This document shows, piece by piece, positions 1-12,496 of a DNA stretch of 64,000 bases. This stretch comes from Chromera velia. Lineage: Eukaryota. The position numbers and the translations under genes are program-made. Every line of letters begins with the position of its first letter. The first letter of the stretch is position 1. The notes beneath the pieces are model-generated. The model was not told where the DNA came from and did not search any database. It saw only the letters and a list, made by a program, of their open reading frames with translations. The stretch covers positions 62,001 through 126,000 of the forward strand of contig JAHBMJ010000179.1 of the NCBI GenBank assembly GCA_018398765.1. The letters are read 5' to 3'.

Positions 1-538
1 CCCCCCCTTTGGGCTGCTGTGGAAGGACTGCAAGCTTCGTCGGCTTGGAGTTCCACAGATTCGCCAGACTCTCTGAGTCCTCAAATACCACACACCCCGT
101 CACCCTTTGCCAATGCTTCCTCCCGCAGCACTTCTCATTCATTGCCCCCACGAAACACGCCTTCATTCCGAACTTTTCTTGCATCAACACCTCGATGGAA
201 GCCATCCAGGCACAAACTCTCCTGAAGTCCCAGGAACCAACGTCAAAATTCCAGAGCACGAGGGCAGACGAGAAAGGACCTTCTTTCGACCAGGCACTAG
301 AAACCCACTCCCCTGTGGGCAGAGGCCTCATATGCGCATTCGCGTAGCCCCCTGCACCTGAATCACCTTGCGCCGTTTCCTGCTTCACCGCCACCTAGTG
401 CTTGGGTCGCTTGTTCTGTGCTGTGCCCCCCGGACCCGCTGCCGGGCCAGGTGCGCCACCTGCCCCCACCCACCCGAAAGATGTGGGTGAAGATGCACCG
501 GCATCTCCTCCTTGCGACTTCACCTGGGGATAATACAT
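1..538 (-). CDS. 5' part of a gene running off the window start; possible RRM-like domain; one in-frame TAG at 397-395
   Basis: ATG at 538 opens MYYPQVKSQGGDAG...NKRPKH*VAVKQETA. The frame then stays open to base 1 (...SALVLWNFDVGSWDFRRVCAW...VTGCVVFEDSESLANLWNSKP...). An alternative in-frame ATG lies at 331. The RRM-like assignment is inferred only from the ALVLWNF and GCVVFEDSESL patterns. Confidence 0.45.
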
Positions 539-904
539 CGTCAACTTGCTACTTATTCAAACGTCGCTCTTGTCTCCACGTCTCTCGACCAACGGTCTAC
601 AGGATACTCAAACAGTCTGCAGAGAGAAGCTAAAGCCACTGCACGAGGCTGGAGACGCGCTGGATTGATGGGTGGAAGTGAGTTACAGCCGACTGAGCCG
701 AGAGAAGCAAGCAGCCAAATTGAAGATCTGTCAGCGCACTCAGGTAACCCTGGATGTTCAAGGCTGCGTGAAAGGATGTTGACAGGCTGTCAACGGTCTA
801 CTGTAGATCCATTGAGGTACCGTCTTGTCAGGCGTATTCGAATCAACTCATAACAGTGAAGGCGTGTGTTGCCAGGATTTGTCTTACCTTTATTTGCCTT
901 CCGT

Positions 905-1025
905 ATAGACGGGCTGCACGCGCGCGCATGCATGGGCCCCATGCACCCCATGAATGCATGCAAGGGCCGCAAAACTGCGGGGCCGCATGCAGGGCCCGCC
1001 GGGCCCGCCGGGCCCGCGGGCGGCT
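905..1025. promoter_or_regulatory. GC-rich palindromic core of a divergent promoter
   Basis: Dense GGGCCC, CGCGCG and ATGCAT/TGCATGCA palindromes plus a GGGCCCGCC tandem repeat, lying between the divergent starts at 538 (-) and 1323 (+). Confidence 0.5.
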
Positions 1026-1322
1026 CAAGATGGCGCAGATCAGACTGACAGCAGCCTGCCACCAACTGCCCAGCTATCGAGATCTATCGATGAGTTTTGC
1101 TCCAAAACGACTCACAACTTTGGACAGTGATCGTCCATATCGACGTATTGTGCCGTTTAGCCGCAAGCCACAATCTTGCTGGGTTTTGGTTGAAGGGGCG
1201 AGGATCAAGTCACGCTTGTTCGTGCCTGTCTCCTTCGCTTGCCAGTCCCGGCTTCGGACCTGAGGATTCGTCTTCTTCTTTCGCGCTAGCTTTAGACCCT
1301 TCTTCTCACGTTGTGATAGAGA

Positions 1323-4300
1323 ATGTGTGGCATTTTTGCGATTCTCAAGTCGACAGACTCTGCTTACGACCTAAGGGTGAAAGCTCTGGCGTGTTCGAAA
1401 AAGTCAGTCGCCAGTGCCCCCTCTGTACTCAGTCTGTCTCCGTCTCCGTTGAGCTGAATGTCTGCAACTGTACTGTGCCTTTGAGCTCTCTTTCTGCACT
1501 CCATCCATCTTTTTGCTTCATCATGCGTGCCTTTTGATATGTGAATGTCTGTCTCTGTGTGCAGAATTCGCCATCGGGGTCCTGACTGGTCCGTTTCAAT
1601 CTGTGCGGGCGATCTGCGGTTCTTGTCAGCGTCGCAACCGCGTGGACTGCCTTTGTCTCTGCTGCTCCTTGATTCACTTCTTCTCTCTCATACTTACCTC
1701 TTCTCCTGCTTCAATTCTCTTCTCTCTCTGCGCCCGTCTTTCGGTCCGCACTTGCGCATCAGTCTGATTCACTTCTTCCCCTCCTTCCTTCTTCCTACTT
1801 GCTTATCCTTGCTACCGAGAGCCAGGGACTGTCCTGTTCTTTTTTGTGCCGGTGGTATTCGGTCTGTCTGAGCAACGAAGGGGTGGAATGATGCTGGACG
1901 AGAGTGTGAATGTACAGGGCTTGTAGGCACGGAGACTCACGTTTACAGAGTCGGTCGTGAGTGACCCTCTTCTGGCTGAGTGATGCTGCGTGTGTCCCTG
2001 TCTGAAGTGTCCTCATCTGCATTCCCGACTCTGTGTCGCCCCAGCTGTTGGCATCCGACATGCCCCTCACCAACCCACCCACCCTCGTTGTTGCGTGCTT
2101 GCACACTGCAGGAGCGGGTGCCACATGCAGCACCTGAAGAACGGTCTGACGAACATCATCTGCCACGAGCGTCTGTCAATTGTGGACCCCAACTCGGGGG
2201 TGCAGCCTCTCTTTGACGTGACAGGGAGAGGTTAGCTGTTGTTCTTGTTCTTGTTGGGAGGGGAAGGGGGTATGGAGTGAAGATGGATGGAGTGAACAAT
2301 CGAGACTTGGATTGAGACAGAATGATAACGGGAGGCAGAAAGTATGGGGCTCCTTGGTAGATGGACTGAAATTATCAGCTGGACGATTCACACTTGAAAT
2401 GAAGTTTTTGTGGCGCGAAAAGTTTTTTCGAAACGCTTACTGCTTTGATCAATTGCATTTGATACAGGCGGTCCCGGAAAGGGGATCTTTGTGAGACTCC
2501 CTCAGTGTCTGATCCCAAGTTCCTTGATATCTTTTCACCCATCCTTCTTTCAGTCGAGGATCAGTTTGTCGGGTTTCTCTCTCTACTAACAGGCAGGCAC
2601 AGGCACTCTACCCCACTGAAAATGAAATGCAGTCGCTGTCGGGGTGAACGGAGAGATCTGGAACCACATGGCCCTCAGAGAGAGACTGGACCCGAAAACC
2701 GTCGGTAGGTCAGGGGAACAAAGGGCGTCATCCCCCCCCCTGCAGTCATTCTGGCCTCTGCTGTCACCTTTCGCTTCGCCTCTCTCTTCCCTTTACTTTC
2801 CATTCGTGTGGTGGGTCTGCTCAACGATTCATTCGGTCGTCCCTCTCGGCCTCTTTGCCGTGCCGTACGATGTTTTTTGGCTTTTCTCTTCGATCCCTCT
2901 TTGTGTGAATTTGATTACCTCAATTTGCTTTTGCTCTCTCTGTCTTCGTCGCTTCTTTGGTTTGTCAACCGCCACCCTGTGCGCCTGATCCTTTTCTGTC
3001 TGGCGTTTGTTTGTTTGATTTGTTCTCATGCATGCAGCCGATTTCCGGACCCAGTCTGACTGTGAGGTGATCGCGCACTTATACAGGAAATATGGGGTGA
3101 GTCGTTTTGAGTCTCTTACTGTACGCTTTCCTTTGTACGTCCTGTGTTCGTTTGTACGGTGAGGCAGGCACACCGACTTGTCTGCCCTCTTTTGGAATTT
3201 GTGTTTGGTCGATTGCGAAGCTCGCTTGCTGGACTCTCTCCCGAAAACCGTCGTCGGTGAGGAAGATGAAGCGCGCTATGTCTGTCTGGAAGTGGCATCT
3301 CGCCAATTATCCATCCCTTTCCCCGTAAGTCTGTCCCCCTGTTATTTTGATCGACTTCACTTGCATTTCTTCCTTCCTCTTCCTTCCGTGGTCTTTTCTC
3401 TCGTGCAGAAAGAGTGCGTGTCGATGCTTGACGGCATGTTCGCATTCATCCTCGCTGATGAAGAAACAGGTGAGCACTCGAGGAAGTGACATTCCGTATT
3501 TCGTGTGGACGTTTTCACTGTGTGTGGGGACACGATATTTCCCTACCCACTCCTCTTCTCTTGGACTCCTTTCTACTTTCTGCTTGTTCTCCCCCTGCGG
3601 ACCGTCCCTCACCCAATCCACTCACTTGCCTCCACCGGAGGTTGTTCCCATTTGAAAGAGGGGCGCTGAGAGGGAGGGAGACGGGTAAGGGCGCAGAGGA
3701 ACTTCGCTCAGTCTCAACGAACCTGCAGACTACCTGTCCGCATTCGTTTTCGCCTTTTCGCGCATGGCACTATCCGTCACATGTGCTGCCTTTCATTCGT
3801 CCGCACGTAGTCTTCAGCTGTATGCCTTCCTCGATCGGTGTTGCCTGCAGGCCACTTCATCGCTGCCCGCGACCACATGGGCAAGTGCCCTCTTTATATC
3901 GGGTGGGGTCACGATGGGGCTGTGTTCGTGGCCAGTGAGATGAAGGGTCAGTCAGCAGGCAGTACGCGTGACCGGATACCATGCAGACTTGAAGTTGTAT
4001 CGCAGATACAAACGAACAAACAGACAGACGGATTGATTGATTGAATGATTGGCCCCGCACTATGTGCCTTCCCGCTCTGCCTTTCTGTCGCCAGAGCTAG
4101 CTGCAGACACGCAGACGCGCACATAAAAGCGGTATAGCGACTGTCTTTCTTCTCCTTAGTTCATTGGAGGGCCCCGCAAAAACGCCTCAGACAGAAAGAT
4201 ACAGTTACAGACAGACATCCTCTCCGCCCCGTGTGTGCCCCTCTCTTCCAACGTCCAGTCACGTTCCATGCATACCCTTGTTGCTTGCAGCACTTTTCGG

Positions 4301-7300
4301 TGCCTGTGAGCGTTTTGAAGTCTTCCCCCCCGGACACTACTACTCCTCAGAGCTCGACGGATACGTTCAGTCAGTCAGTGAGTGAGTGAGACGGCTGTCT
4401 CTGTTGAAGTGGGGTGCCCTCCACAGCAACAGCAAAGCTGAACGCATGAACTAAGCAAACCAAAAAGAAACCATCCACCAGGCATGTAGAAGGGGGATGC
4501 GGGATAAGCGAAAAAAGAGAGAGTCACTTTCTCGATTCTTCCTTCTGCTGGTTCCGAAAAAAAACACACACGAGAAGAAGAGAAAGAAGAAGAAAGCGCT
4601 CTTGTAACGGAGGAGACTGAATGATTGTGCGCTATTTGCTCTCCTCATTCTACCCTCTCTCTCCCTTTCTCTCTCTGTCTGTGTATGTGTATCGAGACGT
4701 GCACGCAGGTGGTACAACCCTCCCTGGTTCCCTGAGGCTTCCGCCATTCCGACAACACCTCTTGACTTGAGTGGGTCTCTCTGCCTGCCTGTCTGCCTGC
4801 CTCTTGAGTTGACAGTATGATTTGTTGGCACTCTCTCTGTTATCAGGGTGGATTCACGCCGTTTTGTCTTTCTGCATAGATTTTTTTGTTGCGCAGTTCC
4901 CTTTATGGTGAAGGAATGGGGGGAAGTTTTGACCTTCGCGTAAGTTGAAGTTCCTCAGATGAGCCCCACCCGCGACAAGGTAGAGGATAATCTGTCTCTT
5001 CTCGGGGAGAAACTCCCGAGTTGCCGTGTCCCCTTCTCTTCTTTCTTCTCTTCCAGCTTCTTGCCATGCCCATGCAAGCCTTATGGACCTGTCGACGCGC
5101 TCCTCCGGTTTTTGATTTCCTCTCTTTTCCTTTTGTGCAGCTGCACTTCGGGTGTCGTTTGAGGCAGCAGTGGAGAAACGTATGATGGTGAGTCGGCCTG
5201 TCAAGCGGGGAGGGAGAAGGAAGGGGAGAAAGAAGTGGTGCGGGAGGTCGACCGTTTGACTTATAATAATTGTGGGTCCTGTGAGGGGTCAAGAAGGTTG
5301 ATGTTTCTCTCAGGGATTGACAGGGGGAGTTTGAGTTCGGTTTGCTTTCGTTCATGTTTACCTGCATGGTTCTTGTTTTTTCTCGCTTTCTGCTGTTTTC
5401 TCTCAGTAAGTTCTTTTGTAGCCTCTATATGATCACTGTTCCCTTCTATTGAAACCTTTTTTGGGCCTCGTGAATTGCATTGTTTGTCTGTCTGTCTGTT
5501 TGCGTACTTACTTGCAGGCTGACGTTCCATTTGGCGTTCTTCTCAGCGGAGGGTTGGACTCTTCTCTTGTGGCATCAATCGCCGTTAGGTCAGGCAGCCT
5601 CTCTGGAATATAGATTTGCTCCCAGGCTTGTATGCATCCACATGTGCACTGGAACTTTCTTTGTTTTTCGGTCTCTGGCTGGCTCCAACAGCTGTTTTCG
5701 TAGAGGTGCTTCCCCTTACAGAAGGTTCCGTTTGATCTTTTCTGAAGCCCTGCACAAATTATTTTTCGTTTCAGTGCGTCGCTTCCTGAGACCTTTTTTT
5801 ATTTACGTCTCTCCGAACCGCATTCAGACAAGCATCAGCATGTGCATGCGAAAACTCTCACTGTTCGACCATTCTTGTCCGAGAGGTCCCATAGAGGCTG
5901 TGTCTTGTCATTCTTCTTTCGTCCGAAGCCGTCCTGCATGTTCATACGATTTTTTTTGCGATCTTCTTGTTCACATGCCTGCACTCTCTCCGTTCTCTCC
6001 GTTCTTCTTGGAATGAATGCGGCAGGCAACTCGAGAAGGAGAAGGCAAAACTCTCCCCCGAGGAGTTGGCAGACCGATCCTGGTTGCAGCAGCTGAAGAG
6101 CTTCTCCATCGGACTGCCGGGCTCTCCTGACCTGAAGGCAGCGGAGAAGGTGAGGTCCAACGACCCTCGGGGGAAGAAGATTGAAATGGATTTAATGAGA
6201 AGGGCAGGCAGATTTGAAGTTCCTTTCTTTGTCTGTTTCATTTTCCTCTTTTTTTCTAGTTGACTCTTTTTCGCACACGAGCACGACTCCCTGCACACTC
6301 TTCCGATTTCCTCACATCGCCGGGTGCAAAAGTCAACCTGAACCCCTCGAGAGCTGTGAGACCCCCCCTACAGTTAATGCACCTACCCTTCTCAACGCGC
6401 AGGTGGCCAAATTTCTGGGAACGGACCACTTCAGTTTCACGTTCACGATCCAGGAAGGCCTCGACGCCCTCCGAGACGTGATTTATCATTTGGAGACTTA
6501 CGACGTGACGACGATCAGGGCGTCTACCCCGATGTACTTCCTGGCGAGGAAGATCAAATCGATCGGGGTGAAGGCGGTGATCAGCGGAGAGGGGGCAGAC
6601 GAGGTCTTCGGAGGGTACCTGTACTTCCACAAGGCCCCCAACAAGGAGGAGTTCCACAGGGTGGGTGGGTAAGAGGAGGGGAGGACGGGGACCTCTTTGG
6701 TTCAGTGCATGGGATTTGATGAGCAAGGGGAGGGAGACAAGAGGGAAGGATCGGAAGGAGAGACGGAATAGAAGGGAGGGAAGTTGTGTCATCGATCGAT
6801 TGCTTCATTGGTCTTCCTCTCCTGAGTGTTTTGCCGCTCTGTCTTTCTCTATCTCGGAGAATCTCCTCGAGTGCATGCACTTCCGCTTTCCTTTTTTTTC
6901 TGACCGACGATGGAATCCCTTACCCGTCCGCTCCCCGTCCCCCACTCCTCTTCTGTTGGTTGCCTCTTCCTTCGCCGCATGACATTCCTTTCCTCCCTCC
7001 CCCCCCTCTGTCCCTCATTGTGTGTGTGTTCATTCAGGAGACAGTCCGCAAACTGAAGGCCCTCCACCTGTACGACTGTCTGAGGGCGAATAAGGCGACC
7101 CAGGCGTGGGGTCTCGAGGCCCGCACCCCGTTTCTGGACAGGGACTTTTTGGAATTGGCGATGAACATAGACCCCCAGTTCAAGATGATCGAGAAGGGAA
7201 ACCCGAAGAAGATCGAGAAGTGGCCCGTCAGGGCGGCGTTCTCGGAGGACAACTATCTGCCTGATGAAATCCTCTGGAGGCAGAAGGAACAGTTCTCTGG

Positions 7301-8487
7301 TCAGGGAGGGGGCAGGCAGAGCGAAGGAAGGCGAACAGACTCTCACAGATGCATGCACGCACCCACAGAGAGAGAGGGGGAGGGGGGGGGGATTTGGACA
7401 GATGGGTGCTGCGTGCATGGATGGGTGTGGTGATGGGTATGCACTTCGAAGTTGGGGAAGGAACACACGGGCTGAACGAAGAGAGACTGAAAAGGCGCAG
7501 AAAGACGACTAAAAGAGATTCAAAGAGGGATTCATGGGTATGCCGCTTCCCAAATCTTCTCCTCCGTTCCGAGGTTCTTTCGCACACCAAAGTGGAATGA
7601 ATGTGCATCTATCTTCTTTGTATTTTCTTTGTTCTTCCCTCGCTCTTTCCTTCCTTCCTTCCTTCCTTCCTTCCGTGCTGCTTTCTTCGTTGAATGGACG
7701 GACGTTCATGCAGATGGAGTCGGGTACGGGTGGATCGATGCCCTGAAGGACTTTGCGGAAGCGCGAGTTTCGTGAGTCCTTCTGCGCTTCCCTTCTTCTG
7801 TCTATCCGTCCTTCCGTCTTCTTGTTTGTCTCTCTGTCTATCTGTCTGTCTTTGTGGCTTGCTGCAGGATAGCATGTCGACATCCCGCTTTGCTCTCTGA
7901 GAGACCTCTGCCTTCTGCCTGCTTTGCTCTCGCCTGCCCCGCACATTCGTGTCGCGGGCGTTTTATTTTATATTTGCGCATTCTCACTTGATTTGTGGGG
8001 TTACAAACAATGAATCGACTTAATTCCTCTCAGACGACTGGAGTGTTTTCAGTCCTCCAACCAGTAAGACCATGTGTCTGCATGCGTCTTCTTCCCTCAC
8101 TCGATTTCTTTTTCGTTTTTCCCTTCTCCCTCTCCCGTCTCTCACTGCCCTCCTTTCGTTCTTTCATTCCTCCTCTCTTCGCTCCTTCTTTCCCCACTGG
8201 GAGCATTACTTTGTTTCGGTCTCTGCTTCTTTGCTTGCTTTCAGAGACCAGCAAATGGAGGCTGCAAAACATAGATTTCCCTACAACACACCTCCGACAA
8301 AGGTTGGTCTGTATGTCTGCCGGTCCGTTGAGCAACAATCCAGAAGATCAGCAACGTAGAATTGAACATTTCGATTTCGTCGTCCACCGATCCTTATGAA
8401 GCTCCTCGATCCTCGCGAAGCTCCTCGGAAAACATCGGGATTGTTCGTAAACTTTGAACGTGATTCACCGATGCCTCTCTCTCTCTA

Positions 8488-8554
<67 letters not shown>

Positions 8555-8557
8555 GTG

Positions 8558-8599
<42 letters not shown>

Positions 8600-9452
8600 C
8601 GCGTGCAGGAAGCCTACTTCTACAGGACGATTTTCCACTCCCATTTCCCCGGACCTTCCGCTGAGAGGACAGTGCCCGGCGGACCCTCAATTGCCTGCTC
8701 TACTGCTGCTGCTCTGGCGTGGGATGCCGCATGGAGGTCTGCTCTCTGTTCTTCTTTCTTCAATCTACTCTCTCTCTCTCTCCCCCCCCCCCCNNNNNNN
8801 NNNNNNNNNNNNNNNNNNNNNNNNNNNNNNNNNNNNNNNNNNNNNNNNNNNNNNNNNNNCCCCCCCCTCTCTCTCTCTCTGCCCTGAAGGTTATCTCCTT
8901 AGCCCTCCTTCCTCTTTCTTCTTTTGCTGAGCTCGTCGAAGTAAATCTGTTGGTCGTTTGAGATGGTCTTCCGACATTGCCTGCTTCTGGCCGGAACCCC
9001 TGCGTGGCAACACATGCAGATGCAGAGGAAGGGGGAGTGGTTCATGCGGTAAGGGAGTTAGTTGAGAGACTCTTCTCTCTGTAGCCTTCGCGCAGGGAGA
9101 GGCATTTTTTTTCTTTGGTTCCTTCTTCAGTTTTTCGTGCAGCATTTGTACGAGGGACTGACAAAGCGAGTGACCATCAGACTGCAGCAGATTCACGTCT
9201 GTGTTCGTCTTTGCGTGCAGCAAAAATGCGGACGCAAGCGGGAGGGCCCTGTGCGGAGTCCACGTGTCAGAGAAGCAGTTTTCCGACGCGGAGAAGGCAG
9301 AGAAGCACGTGAAGGCGCAACTTCAGAAGGCGTCTGGGGGCAAGGGAGAAGGCGGGGATGAGGGCGATCCGCACAGAGTCTCGCCGTCTCTGAAGAAGAG
9401 AAGAGTGACGATCGAGGGAGATGAGCCCGCACCTGTGAACAACGGGAAATGA
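1323..9452 (+). CDS. ASNS: Glutamine-hydrolysing asparagine synthetase (AsnB type), 18 exons
   Basis: Phase-consistent GT-AG exons: 1323-1402, 1565-1588, 2112-2230, 2633-2704, 3038-3096, 3409-3469, 3851-3946, 4291-4369, 4709-4770, 5141-5187, 5518-5588, 6026-6149, 6403-6660, 7038-7299, 7714-7771, 8245-8302, 8609-8736, 9221-9452. Motifs: MCGIF (Ntn Cys), [119 protein letters not shown]. Confidence 0.97.
8475..8605. repeat. Compound (CT)n-(GT)n-(GC)n microsatellite just upstream of an ASNS splice acceptor
   Basis: Direct reading; it abuts the acceptor CAG ending at 8608. Confidence 0.95.
8794..8859. other. Assembly gap flanked by poly-C
   Basis: Run of N between C tracts. A second such gap lies at 37993-38069. 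Confidence 0.95.
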
Positions 9453-10644
9453 TCTGTGAAGCAGAGAGAAAGGAAATCGATTGATAGACTGAAGGAAAAA
9501 AAGGACAGTACGCTGGGGGTCCAAATTTTGCTGTCTGAGTCTGCATGTCTGTGTATTCGGCCTGGGTGCCTGCCTCTCTGTCTGTCTGTGCAAATGCAAA
9601 TGGAAGAGCAATCTGAAGAGCGAGTGATCAAGTATTGCTTAACAGAAATAGAGAAAGCTGCGTCAGTGGTCAATAGGGGGAAAAGAAGAGAAATCCAGAT
9701 GGAAAAAATCAGGACATGCACCTTGGCTCCTGACACAATTTTTGCTTCCCTCCCTCTGTCGTTGAGTGCGTGCGTATGCCTCTCTGCTTGAACGTTCTTG
9801 TATTCATGCAGAGGTGAGGTGCTTTTGGAATGTCTGTGGATCGTTTTTGCTTTGTACCAGTATCTCTCTGCATGCCCTCACTTCATCTCCTCTCCTCTCC
9901 TTCTGTTCATCTGTCTGTCTACCTCTCTGTGTGTCTGGTTCGATCGATTGACCGAATCCGGATTCCTTGCTCGAACTTTCTTACTAACGCACGGCCGTTT
10001 CATGCCCTCTTTATTGAGAAGATTCACTTGCTGAACGTCAAAACGCTCGATTTTTAATTCTGTATGTAACGTTGAAGGAAGCAACTGAACAAGGGGCACT
10101 TCATGACGTATTAAATCAGGGTGCATGGGTGGGTGCTTATCCGATTGTCTCCTCTACCTGGAATTGAACGGTCTTTGCCGATCAGTCCCTCGATCCATCC
10201 ATGGATGCATGCTTCTGTCATGAATCCAGGCTTCTCCCTTGAATCCATCAGTCCCGGCCGCTCCTTTCTCATTTTTGTCTCATCGAGTCCGGGACTGCAG
10301 CTGCTTGGTCCGCTCGATCCGAATTCAAGCCATTTGATTACCGTTGTGAAGGCACTGGCAAGGTCATCCTTTAACACTGCCGTTCTCATGCCGGGACCAC
10401 TGAAGCCGCCTGAAGGATTGCAGGCAGGCGGAAGGGCGGTAACGATCCGGTACGTTCCGGTATTAAATGTTACTAATACAGGCCCAATGAGGCTCTGACA
10501 ATCATACCAAATCGACCTGGATCTAAACCTGGATGCATCAACAGTATGATCAACTCATGATTGCATTGGCGTTTAGTGCTGTTCACCACCAGAAAAAAAT
10601 ATGTACTAAATTATATATGCATGTAACACGTAGTGTCAAACTAT

Positions 10645-11160
10645 GGATAGGATAGGATAGGATTCTAGGCGTATCACAGCAAAAAAAAAAAAAGTAAACC
10701 AGAATTAGCTTAAATTATTTTTTTCTTTTTTTTTACGCAACACATAAGCAACACTTGTGCAATTAACACCAAAACAACACTTATGCAGCACTTGAATAAC
10801 AGTTGTTTATCACCTAACATCGCCGGACAAAAAAAAAAAAAATTAAGCGAGAACAGGCTTAAATTATTTTTTTTTTTCTCTGTGATAAGCCTAGATAGGA
10901 TTTACATTTCGGGTCACCCCGCGGTCCACTGTCGGGCCTTGACTTGCACCGTTGAGAGGGCGCTCTAGAGGCAGATACCTCAAAACTTGTTGGCTGCTAC
11001 GCGTAGATCAAGCGTTGTAGGCTAACCTTTCATGCCTAAGATCGAAGTCCTTTCATTCCCGATGCCCTCTTTGAACTAATGAGAAAAACCAGATTAATCG
11101 AACCATTGGAGCCAAAAGCAGGCCAAACAGGAAGGACTTGACCGTCGTCGACGCGTAACG
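10645..11160 (-). mobile_element. Possible 3' end of a non-LTR retroelement with an (ATCCT)n tail, interrupted by the MITE
   Basis: A GC-normal block at 10905-11160 ends on the minus strand in AAATGTAAATCCTAT, then the MITE, then AATCCTATCCTATCCTATCC. No protein motif was recognised. Confidence 0.35.
10665..10894. mobile_element. MITE-like non-autonomous DNA transposon (230 bp) with an 8-bp TSD
   Basis: Left end is CTAGGCGTATCACAGC+A-tract; the right end in reverse complement is CTAGGCTTATCACAGAG+A-tract. Identical ATAGGATT flanks at 10657-10664 and 10895-10902. Confidence 0.85.
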
Positions 11161-12374
11161 CGTTTGCTGGGACAGTATTAATTAGCTAGACTTCACAGCT
11201 TTTCAATTTTTAATGATTGACGACTGCAAGCGATTGATTGTATCATTTTTTTTCTTCAGGGATTTAATTAAAAGTAGACGTACAGCAGTGGACAGCAGAG
11301 AGACTCAAAGTACATAAAAGCTATCCTAGAGCTCTGAACATACAGTTTGCTTAAGCAGGCAGGTTCATTAGCTCTCTTTTATTATAAATTTCCTTCTCTT
11401 TAAAGCAGGCAAAAGAAGAAGACCTCTGAAGTAAAACTGAAAGGTCATGTGCTAAGATAAAAAAAGAGGATTGAGAGAATTTTCAACCTTGAAGTCGGAC
11501 TGATATGCAGGCGTACCAACAGGTTTCAGCAAGAAAGTAACTGACAAACATTCCAACAAGTTGAACACAACAAAGTCAAAAGCCTTTTTTATCTAAAATC
11601 CTAGCCAAAATCGTTTGTCACTTTCTTTGCTGCTGCTCTGATAAAGCTAGTTAGAGCCCTAATTCCTGCCAGTGTTTTAATTCCTAACTATATATATATG
11701 TACATATTTTTTAATTTTAAGAAAAGTACGTACTGTTGTGTTGATCGCATTAATAGTATAGCAAATATTTATTATATAATTATTTTTTTTTTTAGTGATA
11801 TGGTGTGTCGTTGCATGGTGTGAAGTAATGTACATGGATATATGATGCAAGGCGGACGCCAAACAACCGGTACACAGGTCTAGGGCTTTGGCCTCGAACA
11901 CAATGTAATCCTGTAATCCAATAAGTAAGCAAAAACTTGAGTTTTGAGTTTTTTTTATGAACAGTCATCTATAGATCTAGAGTTCTTTAATATTTTTATG
12001 CTAACAAGTTTATGTTAGTGGCTTAATTTGCATGGCAATGAATGTTTTCATTAATTTATTATGTACGTAACTTACTAACCTAGGTAGTAACTTTACAGAA
12101 ATATCTGTCTAGCTATCTTCTCTGGCTATTAACTGGCAGCCCTAGTGGCAGCCAGCATTACCCCAGCAACAGCACATCATAGCACATCATCCTAGACATC
12201 ACCATCATCATACTATCATCATAGTTATTCAGCTGTTATTGTGTTTGGTTGGCCTGTAGGCCATCATGCAATGAAACATATATTTGTACACTAAGTCATA
12301 TATGCACTGACCTAGCATACAGCTAGCTGCCCTAGTAGCTGCCCTGTGGTGGCAGGTGCCTAGAGCTGCCATGC

Positions 12375-12376
<2 letters not shown>

Positions 12377-12408
<32 letters not shown>
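12377..12408. repeat. (CTG)n trinucleotide repeat
   Basis: About 10-11 GCT units read directly. Confidence 0.9.
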
Positions 12409-12409
<1 letters not shown>

Positions 12410-12496
12410 ACACAGAATAAGGCAGACCTGTTTGTCTCTCTTTGCATGCTTTGCGATCTACTGCTTTTGACTGATGATCACTGATCGATCGATCGA

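Noticed and set aside
549..600. Further TAG codons suggesting TAG-to-Gln recoding
   Set aside because: They are in a different frame and upstream of ATG538. The reconstructed intact genes contain no internal TAG.
10111..10498. Overlapping short ORFs on both strands
   Set aside because: No motifs or convincing splice structure; cannot be supported as genes.
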